Shown here: positions 10,377 through 18,819 of the stretch, piece after piece
How positions within the stretch are numbered: the stretch's first letter is position 1
Layout: every line of letters starts with the position of its first letter
Origin: Nitrosopumilus sp.
GTDB taxonomy: Archaea; Thermoproteota; Nitrososphaeria; Nitrososphaerales; Nitrosopumilaceae
DNA: 64,000 nucleotides
Assembly (NCBI GenBank): GCA_965219345.1
Contig: OZ244732.1
Coordinates: forward strand, 1,440,001 to 1,504,000
Direction of reading: 5' to 3'
Translations under genes and position numbers: made by a program
Notes under the pieces: generated by a model
Seen by the model: the letters and a program-made list of their open reading frames with translations, nothing else
Told to the model about the DNA's origin: nothing
The model's database searches: none

Positions 10377-10619
10377 TTAGATTTGTCTTACATCATAAAG
10401 ATCAAATGTAATATTTTTAGTTCCTAAAACAGCTTGAAACACAATGTTATCGTCTACAGCTATTTGCATTACATTGTCTGTTAGAAAACCACCGCCTAAT
10501 TCTTGTACTTCTAAATTGATTTGTCTAAAATGAGCAATCATATTGTTTATGTTGCCTTGTATAACTGGATGTAGAGGAGAAAAGAGAGCATTGTATCTTT
10601 CCGTAAATCTGTCAACCAT
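10377..10619 (-). CDS. hypothetical passenger protein inside the IS6 element
   Basis: 80-aa ORF divergent from the transposase. Confidence 0.45.
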   Translation of the reverse strand: MVDRFTERYNALFSPLHPVIQGNINNMIAHFRQINLEVQELGGGFLTDNVMQIAVDDNIVFQAVLGTKNITFDLYDVRQI

Positions 10620-10625
10620 TATGAG

Positions 10626-11252
10626 ATGATGGGAATTGATGTATCTTTTAAAACCATATACAACTGGGTATCAAAGTGCTCTGAAATGACCTCGATCTAT
10701 CTCAATGGCATAGTTCCAAGAACTAAAGGTCTAATGTTCAGGGCAGATGAGGTATGGATTAAAGTAAATGGCAAACAATGTTATCTGTTTGCTGGTATGG
10801 ATGATGATTCTAGATTTTGGCTAGCTTCTGATGTTGCAGATAACAAGTTTCATCACAATGCAGACAGCCTCTTAGAATTCACAAAAAGACAGGCTGGAAA
10901 ATCACCTAGAAATTTTGTTACTGACGGTCTACCAGCATACATGAAATCATCAAAGAAAATATTTGGAAAAAAGACAAATCACATCAGACATATTCACATC
11001 CAAAAAGATGTGAACAACAACAAGATGGAGCGTTTAAACGGAGAGATCAGAGACCGAGAGAAAGCCTTTAGGGGTCTCAAAAGAATAGACACGCCAGTAA
11101 TTGAAGGCATGAAAGTGTATTACAATTTCACAAAAAAACATGGAGCTTTGAAAGGCAAGACACCAGCTCAAGCCTCACTAATTGAAGTGGACGGTAAGAA
11201 CAAATGGAAGACGATCATACAAAATGCCTCACTAAACAAGGCTACTGAATGA
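10626..11252 (+). CDS. IS6-family DDE transposase, N-terminally truncated
   Basis: TIYNWV, RADEVWIKVNG, FVTDG, NNNKMERLNG motifs. Confidence 0.9.
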   Translation: MMGIDVSFKTIYNWVSKCSEMTSIYLNGIVPRTKGLMFRADEVWIKVNGKQCYLFAGMDDDSRFWLASDVADNKFHHNADSLLEFTKRQAGKSPRNFVTDGLPAYMKSSKKIFGKKTNHIRHIHIQKDVNNNKMERLNGEIRDREKAFRGLKRIDTPVIEGMKVYYNFTKKHGALKGKTPAQASLIEVDGKNKWKTIIQNASLNKATE

Positions 11253-11441
11253 ATCCTTAGAAGATCCATATTTCTCAAGTCCCGAAGATTACACAGAACC
11301 TCTCAAAGACCGGCCGAGGTCTCATTGATGCCTCCCTCTGTTTCTTCCATATCAAATACAAGACCCGACAGTGTTGCAAACACCCCATGTCTTACACGTT
11401 CTGACAGTCCGAACCTCCTACGGTGTGATTTCAGGCTAGGG

Positions 11442-12821
11442 CTAGATACTGCAGGTTGCAGTCGTAGTTATGGTCTGCGTCAGCTGACCTGTAAAGGTAT
11501 TAGAGATCTCACCAATTTTAACCTGCAGATATTGGAAAAATAAATTAAAGCCAGGTGACAAATTATCTGCAAAATCAGCGTCAATTTCAGACATTGGGAT
11601 TTTGTCCTCGTATGCAAAGTTTACAATATGAGAGTACCTTGTCTGCCCTACATCCATGATTGGCTCATCATTACTGTTCATCCAGTCAGTTGCAGATACG
11701 TCCACATCAACAACACCGGTGCCAGTATTGTTTATTTGAAGTGGCTTTGCATCCGAAGTATCGCCATATGCCAGGCTGCCAAAGTCCAGATCACCGGATA
11801 CGCTGGCCGAGCATACTGGAACATCGGCGCCAGAGGCATCCAGCGTGACGTTAATCATCTTTCTTGCAATCTCGTTTTGGGACTCTACGATGACGCCATC
11901 TACAACGGTACCGTAGGGCAGGCCGACAGTCATATTGTATAAAAAGAAGTCGTTACTAAACACGCCCCTGATGTTGTACTCGGTGCCATATAATGCAAAT
12001 GATGTATTATCCAGATTCCCATCCTGATCCGCGTTTAATGTTATGGGCAGTCCGCTATCTGTCGTCTCAGGAAGGTCAAGTCCGACTCTTGCATTACTTA
12101 CAAAGGGCTCAAAGGAGGGAAATGGAAAGGAGAAATTCGGAGGTTGCTTACCATACAGGTCTTCAATTTTATAAAGCACGACTACGCCGGAACTGTTGGA
12201 GAACTTTGTAAAGTCATCCCTGAACGTTACGGATGGCTTTTCACCTACCGTAATATCTACGGGTATGGTTCTAGTTTCTCCGGTAACAAGACAGGCCGCA
12301 GATCTGGCATCACCGGTATAGGTGAACTCTTTTATGACAATGTCAAACGTATCGGTACCGGTATACGTGGCACCAGGGATGTAGTCAAACTCTGCAAGCA
12401 TTGTGGGGTCGTGGCCAAAGTCGTTCGTATCACAGGTTATGGCAAGTCTAGTGCCATTATTAAAATCGTACGGTCTCATAGGTTCTCCGGATGCCACAAG
12501 ACTGCCGCCCTGTATGGTATTCAAAGAGTCAGGAAACACGGCAATCCAGGGACTTCCAGTGACATTATAACCAATAGCATTATGAACAAGTCTAGATTGG
12601 TCTGGTAACGTGGATGGTGTGCTTAACAGTACTCTTGTCAGTTCCAAGTCATGGGCAATCGTACCATATTCGACATCGTATCTCAGCGTTGGAACAACCA
12701 CCACATCGGCATCGGTGCCTGACTGGCCATACGCATAGTAGCCTCCTGCAGTCATTGTTGCTGTTATCGCTACCGCCATCAGGATCGCCGCAACAGTGCC
12801 GTCTCTCTTCTTTAGTGTCAC
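11442..12821 (-). CDS. secreted/surface protein paralogue 3
   Basis: 459 aa; closely similar to 2587-3966 with clustered variable patches. Confidence 0.85.
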   Translation of the reverse strand: MTLKKRDGTVAAILMAVAITATMTAGGYYAYGQSGTDADVVVVPTLRYDVEYGTIAHDLELTRVLLSTPSTLPDQSRLVHNAIGYNVTGSPWIAVFPDSLNTIQGGSLVASGEPMRPYDFNNGTRLAITCDTNDFGHDPTMLAEFDYIPGATYTGTDTFDIVIKEFTYTGDARSAACLVTGETRTIPVDITVGEKPSVTFRDDFTKFSNSSGVVVLYKIEDLYGKQPPNFSFPFPSFEPFVSNARVGLDLPETTDSGLPITLNADQDGNLDNTSFALYGTEYNIRGVFSNDFFLYNMTVGLPYGTVVDGVIVESQNEIARKMINVTLDASGADVPVCSASVSGDLDFGSLAYGDTSDAKPLQINNTGTGVVDVDVSATDWMNSNDEPIMDVGQTRYSHIVNFAYEDKIPMSEIDADFADNLSPGFNLFFQYLQVKIGEISNTFTGQLTQTITTTATCSI

Positions 12822-12832
12822 TGACTGTATAC

Positions 12833-12851
12833 GGGGGGGGGGGGTAAATAA
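12833..12851 (-). promoter_or_regulatory. TATA-like TTATTTA followed by C12 tract
   Basis: G12 at 12833-12844. Confidence 0.7.
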
Positions 12852-12884
12852 CTATATCGATCAAGGGTTATGTAACGTTATCGA

Positions 12885-13212
12885 TACCTAGCAAGAGTGG
12901 GTCTTGCCGTTAAGGGTGCAAAACCTGAAGAAGTTGGACGTGGTGATGTAATTTCTGCAGAGGGAATGGTAGATATCAAAACAGAGATTGAACTTGATTT
13001 TCAAGAGTCCATTTTACAAGAGTGAAATTGCAGAAAATCGAGGCTGTTTGGTCAATATAGGATTACAAGTTAAAGCTGCAAAATTCTCATCAATCTCTCT
13101 ACTAAAACTAACATTTGAAAAACCAATTGTATGTAAAAAAGGTCAAATTGCGGTAATCCTAAAACCCGAATCTACAACGATTAGAATTCTTGGAAGCGAT
13201 TCAATCCAATAG
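12885..13212 (+). pseudogene. 3' remnant of an EF-Tu/SelB-like translation factor domain protein
   Basis: SRVGLAVKGAKPEEVGRGDVI, then frameshift into SPFYKSEI...RILGS; 5' part replaced by accessory DNA. Confidence 0.7.
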
Positions 13213-13248
13213 ACTAATTTAATAAAATCAAAAATAGTTTCTAAATAC

Positions 13249-13368
13249 ATGGAGCCAGTACGTGCTTGTCCTATTTGTCCTGAATGTGGTTCAAAGGGAT
13301 TTGTTAGATTACCTGGTGATAGAGTATCTGTAAAATGTCGTTCTTGCAATAAAATAATCGAAATCTAA
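13249..13368 (+). CDS. small zinc-finger protein (39 aa)
   Basis: MEPVRACPICPECGSKG...CRSCNKIIEI. Confidence 0.6.
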   Translation: MEPVRACPICPECGSKGFVRLPGDRVSVKCRSCNKIIEI

Positions 13369-13406
13369 ATTCCATAGTTAATATTTGCATTATTCTTGCC
13401 AAAGTT

Positions 13407-14405
13407 ATGGCAAAAACATGGAAAGATAACGATATCAGTCTTGACCCAATTAAGGATCAAACTATTGCTGTAATTGGTTATGGAATTCAAGGTGATGCAC
13501 AAGCTAACAACATAAAAGACTCTGGTCTGAATGTAATAATTGGTCTTAAAGAAGGCGGTAACAGCTGGAAAAAGGCAGAAGCTGATGGTCACAAAGTGAT
13601 GTCAGTTGCAGATGCGACAAAACAAGCAGACATTATTCACATACTGATTCCAGATATGATTCAAGGTCAAGTATACAAAGATGAAATCGGACCAAATCTT
13701 TCTGAAGGAAAAACATTGTCATTTTCTCATGCAGCTGCAATCTATTGGAAATGGATTGAGGCACCAAGCAATGTTGATCTTATTATGGCTGCTCCAAAGG
13801 GACCTGGCTCCAAAGTTCGAGAAACATATCTTGGTAATTTTGGAATTCCATCTATTGTTGCAGTTGAGCAAGACTTTACAGGAAAAGCCTGGGATAGAAC
13901 ATTAGGAATTGCAAAAGCAATCGGAAGTGCTAGAGCCGGATTAATTAAAACTACATTCAAAGAAGAAGTGGAAACTGATTGGTTTGGTGAGCAAGCAGAC
14001 CTGTGTGGCGGTGCAGCTTCTATGGTGACTAATGCATTTGAAACTCTAGTTGAAGCAGGATATCAACCAGAAATTGCTTACTTTGAAGTTTTACATGAAC
14101 TCAAACTCATTGTAGATATGATTCAGAGATATGGAATCAATGGAATGTGGAGACGTGTTAGTGAAACTGCAAGATATGGTGGTCTAACTCGCGGACCAAT
14201 GGTAATGGACTCTGCAAGCAAAGAAAAAATGAAAAATGTTCTTACTATGATTCAAGATGGTACATTCAACAAAGAGTGGATTTCTGAATATCAGAAAAGT
14301 GGTAAAGACGCATTTGACAAATATATGAAACAATATGACGAACACCAAATTGAAAAAGTCGGTAAAGAAATGCGTAAAATGATGTGGCCTGATTCTACAG
14401 AATAA
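13407..14405 (+). CDS. ilvC: ketol-acid reductoisomerase
   Basis: IGYGIQG, APKGPG, ETDWFGEQADLCGG, SETARYG. Confidence 0.97.
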   Translation: MAKTWKDNDISLDPIKDQTIAVIGYGIQGDAQANNIKDSGLNVIIGLKEGGNSWKKAEADGHKVMSVADATKQADIIHILIPDMIQGQVYKDEIGPNLSEGKTLSFSHAAAIYWKWIEAPSNVDLIMAAPKGPGSKVRETYLGNFGIPSIVAVEQDFTGKAWDRTLGIAKAIGSARAGLIKTTFKEEVETDWFGEQADLCGGAASMVTNAFETLVEAGYQPEIAYFEVLHELKLIVDMIQRYGINGMWRRVSETARYGGLTRGPMVMDSASKEKMKNVLTMIQDGTFNKEWISEYQKSGKDAFDKYMKQYDEHQIEKVGKEMRKMMWPDSTE

Positions 14406-14412
14406 TCTTTTC

Positions 14413-14835
14413 TTATATTTTTCTTAATTTAGAAACGCCAATGGTAATATGATCAATGATTGTTGGTAGTGGTGTACCTGGACCAAACACATGATTCATT
14501 CCTGATTTGATCAAATCTTTGTGATCAATATCTGGAATTACTCCTCCCCCGACAATAAGAACATCGTTGATTCCTTTCTTTTTTATTGCTTTTACTACTC
14601 TGGGAAAAAGTGTTCCATGTGCGCCGTTAAGCAAACTCATTGCAACTGCATCAACATCTTCGTCTTCTGCAATCTGTGCAATTCTTTCTGGAGTTGCAAA
14701 AAGTCCTGAATAAATTACCTCCATCCCTGCATCTCTAAATGCTCTACATAACACTAGGGCTCCTCTATCGTGACCATCAAGACCTAGTTTGGCAACTAAA
14801 ATTTTGATGCTTCGTGATGCAGTCTTTTGCTTCAT
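14413..14835 (-). CDS. methylmalonyl-CoA mutase cobalamin-binding subunit
   Basis: GLDGHDRG B12-binding motif, GGGVIP. Confidence 0.95.
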   Translation of the reverse strand: MKQKTASRSIKILVAKLGLDGHDRGALVLCRAFRDAGMEVIYSGLFATPERIAQIAEDEDVDAVAMSLLNGAHGTLFPRVVKAIKKKGINDVLIVGGGVIPDIDHKDLIKSGMNHVFGPGTPLPTIIDHITIGVSKLRKI

Positions 14836-14951
14836 AATTGTAATTGAATATTATGTATTTTAAAACTTTATTTGATTTTCCAATTTGTAGCAATAATCTA
14901 TTATTTCAAAAATAGAAAATCTACTTAAAGCGTAACTAAAGTACCTCAGAC

Positions 14952-17453
14952 GTGGATACTACTCCAATTAATTATGAATTAACTTTTGAGCCTGATCTTA
15001 AAAAATTTACCTTTAATGGAACAGAATTAATTTCAGTAGTTTGCAAAAAACCTACCAATATAATTACAATGCATTGCGCTGAATTAAAGATAAAATCATG
15101 TAAAGTGAAATCTACAGGAAAACTCATCAAATCTACTCTAAAAACAAATGAGAAAAAAGAAGAATTACAAATCAAACTAGGTTCAAAAATTAAAGGCAAA
15201 GCAACAATCAACTTGGAGTTTCAAGGAATTTTAAATGACAGACTGCTTGGATTTTATCGTAGTCAGTACAAACAAGGTGGAAAAACAAAGTATCTTGCTA
15301 CAACACAATTTGAGGCAGCAGATGCCAGACGTGCATTTCCTTGTTGGGATGAACCCCAAACAAAGGCAACATTTGAAATTTCAATTATTACAGAGAACAA
15401 ATACACTGCAATTTCAAATATGCCAATAAAGTCAAAGAAAAAAATTGGAAGTAAAACTATTTACAAATTTTACAAGACTCCGACAGTTTCAACCTATTTG
15501 ATCTATCTTGGTGTTGGTGAATTTGAATATCTAACTGGTAAGGCTGGTAAAATCCAGATTAGAGTAATAACTACTAAAGGAAATAAATCAAAAGGCAAAT
15601 TCTCATTAGAATTAGGTAAAAAACTTCTTACATCTTACGAAAAATATTTTGGAATAAAATATCCTTTACCCAAACTTGACTTGATTGCAATTCCCGACTT
15701 TGCAGCTGGTGCAATGGAAAATTGGGGTGCAATAACTTTTAGAGAAACCATTCTACTTTATGATCCAAAAACATCATCCACTAGAACCAAACAATTCATT
15801 GCTGAAGTAATCTCCCATGAGATTGCACATATGTGGTTTGGAAATCTAGTTACAATGAAATGGTGGAATGATTTGTGGCTAAATGAAAGCTTTGCAACTT
15901 TTATGGCGACAAAGTTTGTTGATAAATTCTATCCTGAATGGGATTTGTGGAATCAGTTTGTTGAGGATGCCATGAATACTGCAATGGGTCTTGATTCTTT
16001 AAAGACAACACATCCAATTGATGTTAAAGTAAACTCTCCAGCTGAAGTTCGAGAAATCTTTGATGCTATTTCTTATGATAAGGGTGGGTGTGTATTGAGA
16101 ATGCTTGAGCATTATGTGGGTGAACCAAACTTCCGCAAAGGACTCAAAAAATATCTCTCTGATTTCAAATACAAAAATGCTGAAGGTGTAGATTTGTGGA
16201 ATGCAATTGGCAAAGCATCAAGGATGCCTGTTACTTCTATGATAAATACATGGCTCAAACAACCCGGGTTTCCATTAGTTGAGATTAACCAGGATGGTAA
16301 TACATTGAAACTCAAACAAAAGAGATACCTACTTGAATCTGATAAAAAATTCAGTAAAGGTCTATGGTCTATCCCCTTATCACTAGGTCTGGAAAGTGAA
16401 ATTTCTAAAAAATTATTTTCAAAAAAATCAATGTCAATAAAAATTCCAAATAATACAATAGGCTTTGTTGCAAACTATGGACGACAAGGATTTTATCGTG
16501 TAAAGTATGATAAAGGAATTTTACTTGATTTGAAAATGTTAGTGGATGAAAAACGTATTCCTGCCATTGATAGATGGGCAATTCAAAATGATTTATTTTC
16601 ACTTTGTGTTTCAGGTGATGAAGATGTAAGAAATTACCTTGACTTTTCTGATGCATATTTTGATGAAGACAGATATCTTGCATCAGTTAATGTGGCACAC
16701 AATTTAGCTTCGTTGTACTTTCGTGCATTTAATGAAAAATTTGTAGAAGAAATTCGTGGATATGCGGTAAATTATTTTAGAAAAATTTTATTTAATGTGG
16801 GATGGGACTCTAAAAAATCGGACAAACATACTGATGCACTACTTCGTTCATTTGCAATCTTTACATTGGGAAAAATGGATGATGAAGACGTTACAGAAGA
16901 GGCACTTGGACGATATAAAAAATTCTTAAAATCTCCTAGTTCTTTATCGCCAGATTTAGTAGAACCTATATGCTCAATTGCAGCATGGAATGGAAATGCA
17001 AAAACTCATGCTGAACTAACAAAACTATACAAAAATGCAAAAACCATGGAAGAAAAACTTCGTTTCTTAGGTGCAATGTGTGGGTTTAAAGATACAAAAT
17101 TACTCTTAAAATCCCTTAACTTTTCTCAAACATCTGATGTTCGTTCTCAAAATATGCAGTTACCGATTATGAAAGTTGCTGCAAATCCGTATGGTGATAA
17201 AGTATTGTGGTCGTGGTTAAAGAAAAATTGGAAAAAATTAAACAAAAAAGTTGGACATGGAAACCCATTGTTTAATCGAATTGTAGCTAGTATCACTTCT
17301 GTAGCTGATGATTCTATGGAAAAAGAAATAATACGATTTTTCAAAAAGAATCCAACTCCTGGTACGGAACGAACTCAAACTCAAACCCTTGAAAGAATAC
17401 GAATAAACTCAAAATTCCTTAGAAGTATGAGAAAAGAGTTCAAAGATGTCTAG
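14952..17453 (+). CDS. M1 family aminopeptidase
   Basis: GAMENWG, HEIAH..W..LWLNE, YDKG. Confidence 0.96.
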   Translation: MDTTPINYELTFEPDLKKFTFNGTELISVVCKKPTNIITMHCAELKIKSCKVKSTGKLIKSTLKTNEKKEELQIKLGSKIKGKATINLEFQGILNDRLLGFYRSQYKQGGKTKYLATTQFEAADARRAFPCWDEPQTKATFEISIITENKYTAISNMPIKSKKKIGSKTIYKFYKTPTVSTYLIYLGVGEFEYLTGKAGKIQIRVITTKGNKSKGKFSLELGKKLLTSYEKYFGIKYPLPKLDLIAIPDFAAGAMENWGAITFRETILLYDPKTSSTRTKQFIAEVISHEIAHMWFGNLVTMKWWNDLWLNESFATFMATKFVDKFYPEWDLWNQFVEDAMNTAMGLDSLKTTHPIDVKVNSPAEVREIFDAISYDKGGCVLRMLEHYVGEPNFRKGLKKYLSDFKYKNAEGVDLWNAIGKASRMPVTSMINTWLKQPGFPLVEINQDGNTLKLKQKRYLLESDKKFSKGLWSIPLSLGLESEISKKLFSKKSMSIKIPNNTIGFVANYGRQGFYRVKYDKGILLDLKMLVDEKRIPAIDRWAIQNDLFSLCVSGDEDVRNYLDFSDAYFDEDRYLASVNVAHNLASLYFRAFNEKFVEEIRGYAVNYFRKILFNVGWDSKKSDKHTDALLRSFAIFTLGKMDDEDVTEEALGRYKKFLKSPSSLSPDLVEPICSIAAWNGNAKTHAELTKLYKNAKTMEEKLRFLGAMCGFKDTKLLLKSLNFSQTSDVRSQNMQLPIMKVAANPYGDKVLWSWLKKNWKKLNKKVGHGNPLFNRIVASITSVADDSMEKEIIRFFKKNPTPGTERTQTQTLERIRINSKFLRSMRKEFKDV

Positions 17454-17853
17454 AAGAATCTGGGCTCCTATCTTTCTTGGTATAATCACTGTTTTAGCTA
17501 TAATCTTTCTAGCAGGTGGTGGAACTGATGACAAAGATATTCTTCGTCAAACATTTCAGATAGATGCAGTATACTATGATTCAGGTTATGTTGAGATTTC
17601 TTATTTTGATAAATCTGATAAAACAAACTCTATTGTTATGGAAATTCTTGGAATGGAGGAATCTTTTCAAAGAACGTTTTCTGACTCTGAGTTTATTGAA
17701 ATTGTTCCATTTTCAAATATACCAAAATATGGTTGGCCAATTCATCCCATAGTTTTGGAGATTGATCATAAAGAGTTTGGTCACATTCAACTAAAAACTG
17801 AAATTCGTCCACTTGGTGAACCTGTTCCCCATGTAATCTATTCTAGACCGTAG
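17446..17853 (+). CDS. membrane-anchored hypothetical protein
   Basis: N-terminal hydrophobic segment; overlaps the end of the peptidase gene. Confidence 0.75.
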   Translation: MSRRIWAPIFLGIITVLAIIFLAGGGTDDKDILRQTFQIDAVYYDSGYVEISYFDKSDKTNSIVMEILGMEESFQRTFSDSEFIEIVPFSNIPKYGWPIHPIVLEIDHKEFGHIQLKTEIRPLGEPVPHVIYSRP

Positions 17854-17897
17854 ATCGAACACAAGATTTTATTGCACCTCTGAAAACTTACTGTATA

Positions 17898-18815
17898 TTG
17901 GATTTACTTGTGGATCTAAAAAAAGGGAAACGTAGTGCAATTGCAAAAGCAATCTCTATAGTTGAAAATAACCCAAAAGAAGCAAAAAAACTCGTAAAGA
18001 AAATTTTTAAAGATTCTGGCAACTCTACTGTGATAGGAATTACCGGACCTGCAGGTTCTGGAAAAAGTTCTTTGATTAACAAAACTGTAATTGCTATGAA
18101 AAAATTAGGCACAAAACCAGCTGTATTGGCAATTGATCCAACTAGTCATATTACTGGCGGTGCTATATTGGGAGATAGAGTTAGAATGACTGAATCTACT
18201 GATTCGGGTACATACATTCGAAGTATTGCATCACGTGGAGCATCTGGTGCCATTTCCAATTCACTGCGAAACAGTATTCGCATTTTAGAATACTCTGGGT
18301 TTGATCCAATAATTATTGAAAGTGTTGGAGCTGGACAAACTGAAGTTGAAATTTCAAACATTGCAGACATTACAGTTGTAGTCTTTAATCCTAACACTGG
18401 TGATAGTATTCAAACAATCAAAGCTGGTCTGACTGAAATTGGTGATATATATCTTGTAAACAAAAGTGATCTTAGTGGGACAAACCAACTATTTGATGCA
18501 GTATTGGACTATATTGGAGGTACAGAACGAAATCCAATAATTTCAAAAACATCTGTAAAAAAGAATTCTGGAATTACAGTATTCGCAAAGACTCTCAAAG
18601 ACATGATGAAATCCAAAAAGAAATTCAAGCAAGATAAAAACCAAGAACGACTTGAAGCAGAATTAAAAGATATTGTCTTAAATAACTTTAAAGAAAAGAT
18701 TGATGGCATGCTGGATTCTGATAAAATATTTTCAAAATATCTTAAAAAATTACAATCTAAAAATATTGATCCTTTTGAAGCTGGAGATAAAATTACAAAA
18801 TCTTTGTTAAAGTGA
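17898..18815 (+). CDS. meaB: methylmalonyl-CoA mutase-associated GTPase
   Basis: GPAGSGKS, IDPTS, GAILGDRVRM, ESVGAGQ, NKSD. Confidence 0.95.
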   Translation: MDLLVDLKKGKRSAIAKAISIVENNPKEAKKLVKKIFKDSGNSTVIGITGPAGSGKSSLINKTVIAMKKLGTKPAVLAIDPTSHITGGAILGDRVRMTESTDSGTYIRSIASRGASGAISNSLRNSIRILEYSGFDPIIIESVGAGQTEVEISNIADITVVVFNPNTGDSIQTIKAGLTEIGDIYLVNKSDLSGTNQLFDAVLDYIGGTERNPIISKTSVKKNSGITVFAKTLKDMMKSKKKFKQDKNQERLEAELKDIVLNNFKEKIDGMLDSDKIFSKYLKKLQSKNIDPFEAGDKITKSLLK

Positions 18816-18819
18816 TAAT

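Larger units (their letters stand above)
8345..11300. mobile_element. IS6-bounded composite element carrying surface-protein paralogue 2
   Basis: Begins GGTTCTGTGTAA and ends TTACACAGAACC; 8-bp TSD TCTCAAAG at 8337-8344 and 11301-11308; single-copy empty site at 2446-2453. Confidence 0.9.
10318..11300 (+). mobile_element. IS6-family element (983 bp) with perfect 36-bp terminal inverted repeats and a passenger ORF
   Basis: TIRs at 10318-10353 and 11265-11300; DDE transposase inside. Confidence 0.92.

Noticed and set aside
12649-12864. Upstream ORF through the poly-C tract as a translational switch for the paralogues
   Set aside because: Sequence upstream of the tract differs among the three copies with no conserved start; the promoter-spacer model fits better
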